DNA of 64,000 nucleotides from Pirellulales bacterium (GTDB lineage Bacteria; Planctomycetota; Planctomycetia; Pirellulales; JALHPA01): NCBI GenBank assembly GCA_040901795.1, contig JBBDYH010000167.1, positions 165,314 to 229,313 of the forward strand, read 5' to 3'. Shown piece by piece: positions 60,623 to 64,000 of this stretch (position 1 is its first letter; each line of letters starts with the position of its first letter). The notes under the pieces were generated by a model. It saw only the letters and a program-made list of their open reading frames with translations, ran no database searches and was not told where the DNA came from. The position numbers and the translations under genes were made by a program.

Positions 60623-60879
60623 CGCAGTATTCCGGGACGGCTACGTAACGTCAATTACCACGAGCACGCGTGCCGCGCACTTAGGCACTGCTGCACGTTT
60701 TTTTGACGCGTTTTGAGGGAGAGGAGCCGTTTCGCACCTGGCTTGCAGGACGTAAGTGCTGGCTAAAGCCCATGTTTGTTCGCTTTCGCGTCGAACGCGC
60801 TTTTCTGAGGCACATGGGTTGCGATAGTGCAGTCGGTTTCGGAACAGCTCATCTTAGGGGAACGCTAACGGAGGCAACC

Positions 60880-61725
60880 ATGACGCATGGATTCTTGATC
60901 GACATGGATGGTGTGATTTACCGTGGGCGGGAGGTCATTCCGGGCGCGGACCGGTTTATCCGTCATCTCCACGAGGCGGAGATTCCGTTTCTGTTCTTAA
61001 CGAACAACAGCCAACGGACGCGGCGTGACGTTGCGACGCGGTTGAAGCGGATGGGCATCGACGCGGAGGAGCAACATGTTTTCACCTGCGCCATGGCGAC
61101 AGCTCGTCACCTGGCGCGCCAACATCCCCACGGGACGGCGTATGTGATCGGCGAAGGCGGCCTGCTTACCGCTCTCCATGAAAACGGCTACTCGATTGTC
61201 GATCATAATCCCGACTATGTTGTTGTCGGTGAGGGGCGCGCGCTGTCCTACGAGATGTTTGAGGCGGCCGTACGCATGATCGTCGCCGGCGCTAAGCTGG
61301 TGGCGACGAATCTGGACCCAAATTGTCCGACCGCCGATGGGCTGCGACCCGGCTGCGGCGCCATTGTCGCGATGCTGGAGGTGGCGACGGGGATCAAAGC
61401 CTTCAGCGTTGGCAAGCCGAGCCCGGTGATGATGCGCGCTGCGCGCAAGGAGATCGGCCTCTCGACCGCGGAAACCATCATGATCGGCGACACCATGGAA
61501 ACCGATATTCTCGGCGGAGTGCAGATGGGTTATCGGACCGTGCTGGTGCTCTCCGGTGGGACGCGCCGCGAAGACTTATCACGGTTCGCGTATTGTCCCG
61601 ATACCGTCGTCGATTCGATCGCGGATTTGCTGGATGTCGACCGGCTGCCGCCTGAACACCATCCGCGAGAATTCGACGACACGCCACATGACCTGACCGC
61701 GTGGGCAGCAGCGAATGCAGGCTGA
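60880..61725 (+). CDS. HAD-IIA family hydrolase (NagD/UMP-phosphatase-like)
   Basis: GGAGG lies upstream of the ATG. Motif I is FLIDMDGVIYRG, motif II is LTNNS, and the C-terminal motif is IMIGDTMETDILGGVQMGYRTVLVLSG. Confidence 0.8.
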   Translation: MTHGFLIDMDGVIYRGREVIPGADRFIRHLHEAEIPFLFLTNNSQRTRRDVATRLKRMGIDAEEQHVFTCAMATARHLARQHPHGTAYVIGEGGLLTALHENGYSIVDHNPDYVVVGEGRALSYEMFEAAVRMIVAGAKLVATNLDPNCPTADGLRPGCGAIVAMLEVATGIKAFSVGKPSPVMMRAARKEIGLSTAETIMIGDTMETDILGGVQMGYRTVLVLSGGTRREDLSRFAYCPDTVVDSIADLLDVDRLPPEHHPREFDDTPHDLTAWAAANAG

Positions 61726-61779
61726 ATACAGAACTTGAAGAACCCTGGCTGCCGCGAAACGAGCCACGTCGCGTTGAGT

Positions 61780-62034
61780 TTACGCGGTCTGTGGGATCGC
61801 CTCGGCGTCAATTTCGACACGCTCGACTTCGTAGCCGGCGCTCTTGACGTTTGCAATTGTGGATTGGATTGCCGCTTCCAAGGAGGGTGCCTCTCGATGG
61901 AAGTCGATTGAGAAAACTCCATTGCAAGTTCCTGGCGTTCCATCATCGCAACCGGCAGCGAACAGCTCGTCGGCAATTTCTTCTGTCAGCTCGAGGTCGC
62001 CGGCGAGAATTAGTGTAAAGGAGTATTTCGTCAT
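61780..62034 (-). CDS. hypothetical small acidic protein (84 aa)
   Basis: ATG ORF with no domain recognised. Confidence 0.3.
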   Translation of the reverse strand: MTKYSFTLILAGDLELTEEIADELFAAGCDDGTPGTCNGVFSIDFHREAPSLEAAIQSTIANVKSAGYEVERVEIDAEAIPQTA

Positions 62035-62349
62035 TGCGTCGGAGCCTTCTCAGTTGGATGATTGTTAATGTGGGCAACGATCTACCGCACGGCGAATATC
62101 CTTGGCATGGTCCTCCGGACTACGCGGAGTTGAATACACGGCCTTTGTGCAGCCGCTACGATCACCTTGCGGACAATAGATTCGTCCCCAGATGTGCGCT
62201 CGCGGGCCCGCTTTGCGAAGCGTCCATCCGTGACTCAACGCATATTCGATGGCCGCGCGAATATGTTTGTTGGGGTGGCTCGCCAAGCAAAACTCCAATG
62301 CTCACCAACCCATTATACACGGTGGTCGCGTAACGGCGCCGGGCCCGAC

Positions 62350-63099
62350 TTACCGCAGCGTCGGGCCGGGGACGGCGACCCAGCGGGAGTCGCCGGGAGC
62401 GGCGTAATTGGGGGCGCCGATGCCGCCGGCTTGTAAGGCAGCCACGCGCGCAGCGACTTGGGGCTGATTCTGGTTCTGAGACAGCGAACGTTGATAGTTG
62501 GCCAGCGCTTGCACCGGGTCGCCCGATTCCTCGCGGAGCTTGCCGAGCGCCGCCAGCGCGCGAGGGCTCTGCGGCGCAAGAGCAACGGCGTCGATCAGAC
62601 GGTTCTTCGCGGTCTCTTTGTCGCCAAACTCCTCGTACAGCCGGGCGAGCTCGATGCGAGGCTCGGGATTGGCCGGTGAATTGGCCGCCCACTGCTCAAG
62701 CAGATTGAACGCATCCTGCGATCGTCCCTGTTCGACCATCAGCACCCCCCAGCCACGGTAGCAGTCGACGTGGTTGGGGTTGCGGACGACGCATTGCTGG
62801 TAGTTAGTTTCGGCCTGCGCCAGGTCAGTCTGCCGGCCGTGTAGCTTCCATTGGCGGTGGAAGTTGGCCGCCAGGTTGTAGTAGCCGTCGGCATTGTGAG
62901 GATCCGCCTGAATCGCCTGGCGGAAGTACGAATCGGCCGCCTGATATTGTCCTTGCTGGAAGAGCTGCACGCCGGTCAGGTTCGCATTCTGGGCCGACCA
63001 CGAGCAGCCGACCAGCGAACCGTAGAGCGCAATCAGAAACAACATTCGCGCAGCGGGGAACTGAGCGAGCATGGAGCCAATAGCGACGACGAGGTGCAT
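62350..63099 (-). CDS. TPR-repeat lipoprotein
   Basis: Lipobox-like LVGC after a hydrophobic leader. Several TPR units follow (AQNANLTGVQLFQQGQYQAADSYFRQAIQADPHNADGYYNLAANF...). Alternative ATGs are at 63072 and 63045. The track start at 63246 is TTG. Confidence 0.55.
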   Translation of the reverse strand: MHLVVAIGSMLAQFPAARMLFLIALYGSLVGCSWSAQNANLTGVQLFQQGQYQAADSYFRQAIQADPHNADGYYNLAANFHRQWKLHGRQTDLAQAETNYQQCVVRNPNHVDCYRGWGVLMVEQGRSQDAFNLLEQWAANSPANPEPRIELARLYEEFGDKETAKNRLIDAVALAPQSPRALAALGKLREESGDPVQALANYQRSLSQNQNQPQVAARVAALQAGGIGAPNYAAPGDSRWVAVPGPTLR

Positions 63100-63263
63100 G
63101 GCACTAACTCCTTCCACGTGGCCAAGTCTCTCCGAGACTCGATCGCGTTCGCCGCAGCGGACGCGGCTACGTGAGAGCGGCAAAGAACGAATGCCGAACG
63201 GCAAAAAATCGGGTGGAAGGATAGCTAGCGCCGACGAGCGACGCAAGGGCGAAGCGTTGGAGA

Positions 63264-63335
63264 TTGGAGTTCAAGCTTTAGCTTGCCCCCGCAGCCTGAA
63301 GGCTGCCTACGGACAGCCTGAAGGCTGAACTCCAG
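63264..63335. repeat. multi-hairpin palindromic element (closing stem GGAGTTC/GAACTCC enclosing three short hairpins)
   Basis: GGAGTTC-[CAAGC ttta GCTTG]-ccccc-[GCAGCC tgaa GGCTGC]-ctacgga-[CAGCC tgaa GGCTG]-AACTCC. The first 35 nt are shared with 32717-32752. Confidence 0.5.
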
Positions 63336-63340
63336 CGCGG

Positions 63341-63757
63341 TCAGCTCAGATCGGCTGATTTGCCGTCATTCTGGCCGCTACAGCAGGAGGAAGGGGCGGG
63401 CGTACCCACTTTCTGGTATCCCAGACCCTTGATGACCTCCAGCACTTCGCTGCACGTCGGGAACATCCGGCCGCTGGCTCGTTTGTAAGCGTCGAGCGCA
63501 TGCATGAACTCGACTTCTTCGTTGGTGTAATCGCGCTCGCAGGTCGTGGGGTCGATCTGCCGTCGACGCGTTACTTTCGCTCGTCTTTCGAGCTGCCGTC
63601 GTTCGGTGGCCACCGGCACATCCTGTTGGCGGCGATCGCTGTCCTCGCGACGGTCCTTGTTAGGCTTGCGGCGGTCAATAGTTACTTTCGTAGCGAGCTT
63701 CTTCGTCTTGGCCACGTGGTGCTGCCCTTTCGAATGCGAAGACTGCGGGATCTGCAC
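63341..63757 (-). CDS. hypothetical basic protein (138 aa)
   Basis: GTG start, Lys/Arg-rich N-terminus and conserved-looking C-terminal block EEVEFMHALDAYKRASGRMFPTCSEVLEVIKGLGY. No family assigned. Confidence 0.3.
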   Translation of the reverse strand: MQIPQSSHSKGQHHVAKTKKLATKVTIDRRKPNKDRREDSDRRQQDVPVATERRQLERRAKVTRRRQIDPTTCERDYTNEEVEFMHALDAYKRASGRMFPTCSEVLEVIKGLGYQKVGTPAPSSCCSGQNDGKSADLS

Positions 63758-64000
63758 GAGAGTTTGCCGATAGGGAAAGATATCGGACGGGCCGTGTAGA
63801 AATTAAACCGGCTCGGTAAAAGGTCCGGTTTTGAGAGGTTAGACGATTTGTAGGGCTCGTCCAGGCGGCGCGACCAGAGCGATTGTGCGAGGGAAGAGGC
63901 GCGGTCGAGCCCTTCGTGAGAGAGGAGACCATCGCTTAGAGCAATTGTGCGGGGTCGGGAGACCCGCGCACAACAAGATACAGATCTGCGGCGGAAGGCA

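Overview
This is a 64-kb high-GC chromosomal segment with a Planctomycetota-like gene repertoire. It has few Shine-Dalgarno sites, a DUF1570 protein, a giant Ser/Thr kinase, and DUF3309, DUF1328 and DUF883 stress peptides. About 55 protein-coding genes are supported. Core housekeeping genes are dnaA (486 aa, not followed by dnaN), guaB, tpx, and an apparent agxt-serC-serA operon. An alpha-glucan/trehalose cluster comprises treY, glgX, a second GDE-type debranching enzyme and a treS-maltokinase fusion. Regulators include a sigma-54 NtrC-like response regulator next to a PAS hybrid histidine kinase, csrA, an ECF sigma factor with a fused C-terminal transmembrane extension, a pseudo-receiver/Hpt protein and a STAS protein. 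No rRNA, tRNA or CRISPR was recognised. The observations most worth a second look are listed here. (1) A 692-bp MITE-like or invertible cassette (54140-54831) has perfect 35-bp terminal inverted repeats, flanking AGTC direct repeats and a nested second inverted-repeat pair. It carries a 73-aa BON-domain gene and sits between the STAS stop codon and the serA 3' end; a solo copy of the inner repeat and a related motif lie upstream of the STAS gene and of a second BON gene. (2) Tandem heptamer arrays, (GGGTTCA)n / (CTGAACC)n and GTGAGGG-type, abut stop or start codons of guaB, serA, serC and two other genes. They include a canonical G3N4 G-quadruplex motif. (3) An orphan proteasome/HslV-type Ntn-hydrolase with Thr at position 2 has no HslU or Anbu partner genes nearby. 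(4) A secreted protein with a (GYGG)n low-complexity tail. (5) A 1763-aa zinc-ribbon Ser/Thr kinase lies downstream of an Rhs/YD-repeat core remnant, which is marked by a 35-bp repeat shared with a multi-hairpin element 30 kb away. (6) A dnaA-proximal 530-bp non-coding region is a candidate oriC. Coordinates derived by hand, rather than taken from the ORF track, may be off by 1-2 nt.
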